NCBI GenBank assembly: GCA_002245135.1
Contig: NGBS01000047.1
Location: 1 to 39,653, forward strand
Source: Proteromonas lacertae
Lineage: Eukaryota
Direction of reading: 5' to 3'
DNA length: 39,653 bases
Part shown: piece by piece, positions 38,093-39,653 of the stretch
Numbering within the stretch: the first letter of the stretch is position 1
Layout: every line of letters begins with the position of its first letter
The notes under the pieces: model-generated
What the model was told of the DNA's origin: nothing
Seen by the model: only the letters and a program-made list of their open reading frames with translations
Databases searched by the model: none
Position numbers and translations under genes: made by a program

Positions 38093-39653
38093 TTATTTAT
38101 GACATGGAGATGGTTGTTGAGGATATTGAAATGGAGGAGGTTGTTGTTGGAATGGTTGTGGTTGTGGATATTGGAGTGGAAATTGAGAGATATTTGCTGT
38201 TGTAATTTGAATTCTATTTAATAAACTAAAGCAATCCTATATAATAATAATAGCAGATGAATTATACTTCAAATGTGTTAAGATAAACATTATAAAGAGG
38301 ACAATGAGCTTGCCCAGCCATTCTTTTCGTAATATCAATCAATTTGTTCTATATTATAATATATATACTATGACATACTAATAATTCTTCCATTTTGTTA
38401 ATTATGGGTGACAATTGGTTGTCTAGTCTACAACTGTTCAGAAATGACTATTTAAAATATAGATATAAAGCTATATACATTTTCATTTTCATTAGAATTA
38501 GATAATTTTGATATATTGGTTGTGTAGTATATAATATCTCCTATATGTTTGTTTAATTTGTAATTAGTATCTTTCCATTGTTTAATCTCATTTGTATGAC
38601 TTTCAATCTGTTCATATAACCTATTATTCATCCTTTTTAATTCTTCATTTTGATTATGTTCTTTGTTTGAATCACTACCAAGCTCATTTATTTTTACTTT
38701 TTGAGAATTATTATCATTACTTAATATTTGTATTTTATCTCTCAAATTTTTATTATCTATTCTTAGTTGTTCATTTTCATTTCTAGTTGAATTTATATCT
38801 CTTTTAAGTTGTTTATTTCTTCATCCAACATACCACATTTATCATCCATAACTTCATTTTCATTTCTTAATGATTGTATTTCGTTTTCTTTTGATTTATC
38901 ATTTCATTCATTTTTTCATTATTTCTCTATAACACTTTACTTGCTCATTTATAAAATTATTTAAATTGGTATATTTTCGCTGTAAATCTTCATTTCCTGA
39001 TGTTTAGCATTGGTATTGATCTTCTATTTGTTTAAATTGAATTAAATATGCTTCACATTCCTTATTGGATATATTTATACTATTCAACATCGGAATTCAT
39101 TCTGTTTTCAAGTTCTTTACATTTGTCTTTAAATTCTTGGTGTTTAATTCCATCAAATTTCTCTCCCATAAATTTTCCTAAATCTTCTTCTAAAGACTTA
39201 ATAATTTAGAATATTCGTCATTTCTGCTTTTAACATCAACAATTAATTGGTTCATAGCCGCATATGCATTTGCAATATTCTCTTTTTCTTGTTTAAGTTT
39301 AGAATTTTCTTCTTTTAATCCATTCATCACTTTTTCTATTTCTTCTTTTTCTTTCATTATTCTTTCTATTTCACTATTTCTATTTTTTAACATTTCGTCA
39401 TATTCCTCCCTATTATTAATTAACTGTCTTTGTAAATCTAAATTTCGTTGTTGTAATAATTCAATTTCTTGATCTTTATTATTTTGATTAATTTTGTTTG
39501 TTACTATATTCTCATATTTTTCACATTCATTTTTCTCATTATTCAATTCTTCCATTAAAATGTCAACTCTTTTTTTATTTTCTAAACACTTCTCTCTAAA
39601 TTGTTGTTGTTTAATACCATCATATTTATCACCAATAAATTGTTTGACATCAT
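38093..39653 (-). CDS. Coiled-coil protein (paralog B), 5' end outside the window; many frameshifts in 38750-39200 (errors or pseudogene); Pro/Gln-rich tail
   Basis: Shares the FxGDKFDxIK..FREKC motif and the three terminal exons (SFLNSC.../NKLIDITKRMA.../DCFSLLNRIQ) with paralog A; ends QYPQPQPFQQQPPPFQYPQQPSPCHK*. Confidence 0.55.

Noticed and set aside
930..38095. Polyadenylation-created stop codons with a downstream TGTTTGTT motif, as known in Blastocystis
   Set aside because: Every gene end I resolved has a genomic stop; T/G-rich stretches follow some stops but no fixed-distance TGTTTGTT.
38098..38215. Thr/Ser-rich mucin-like alternative frame at the end of paralog B
   Set aside because: Splicing from DCFSLLNRIQ, homologous to paralog A, fixes the Pro/Gln frame.
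2705..38786. Many short antisense or overlapping ORFs in the track (e.g. 2705-2980, 10014-10268, 13674-13880, 36371-36848)
   Set aside because: Shadows of real coding strands, F/L/I/Y-rich, with no motifs.
1..39653. Alternative genetic code (TAA/TAG = Gln or TGA reassigned)
   Set aside because: In-frame stops fall inside removable introns or next to indels; long conserved exons (PMCA, sulfatase, UXS1) have none and genes end in TAA, TAG or TGA.
1..39653. Transposons, CRISPR arrays, rRNA/tRNA or viral insertions
   Set aside because: No transposase/RT/integrase motifs, repeat-spacer arrays or structural-RNA signatures seen; the chromo-like domain has no integrase or RT nearby.

Overview
Very AT-rich (roughly a quarter G+C by eye), gene-dense eukaryotic nuclear DNA in the standard genetic code. 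It holds about 19 protein-coding genes split by many tiny (mostly 25-40 nt) GTAT...TAG introns, with head-to-head intergenic gaps as short as about 60 bp, so the ORF track shows only exon fragments. Gene models were rebuilt by hand-splicing. Recognisable genes: an MFS permease, ERp18/TXNDC12-like thioredoxin, a pseudokinase-TPR protein, a MIT plus degenerate-AAA protein, a chromo/IQ protein, an ankyrin protein, an SREK1-like RRM/RS protein, a PMCA-type P2B ATPase, an ARSB-like sulfatase, importin-7/8, ISY1, EDC4/Ge-1, a RanBP2-zinc-finger low-complexity protein, a second pseudokinase, UDP-glucuronate decarboxylase and three coiled-coil genes. The ~30-nt introns, compaction and a minor-spliceosome-type intron suggest a Blastocystis-like stramenopile (inference only). 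Most notable: (1) a pseudokinase-TPR gene whose repeats are modular phase-0 exons of exactly 111/222 nt; (2) a U12-type AT-A(A/C) intron in UXS1; (3) an RGCTTGA motif about 20-60 bp upstream of start codons in most promoter regions; (4) a PMCA with a substituted Ca2+ ligand and Cys/His-rich inserts. Scattered single-base frameshifts in short runs look like long-read assembly errors.
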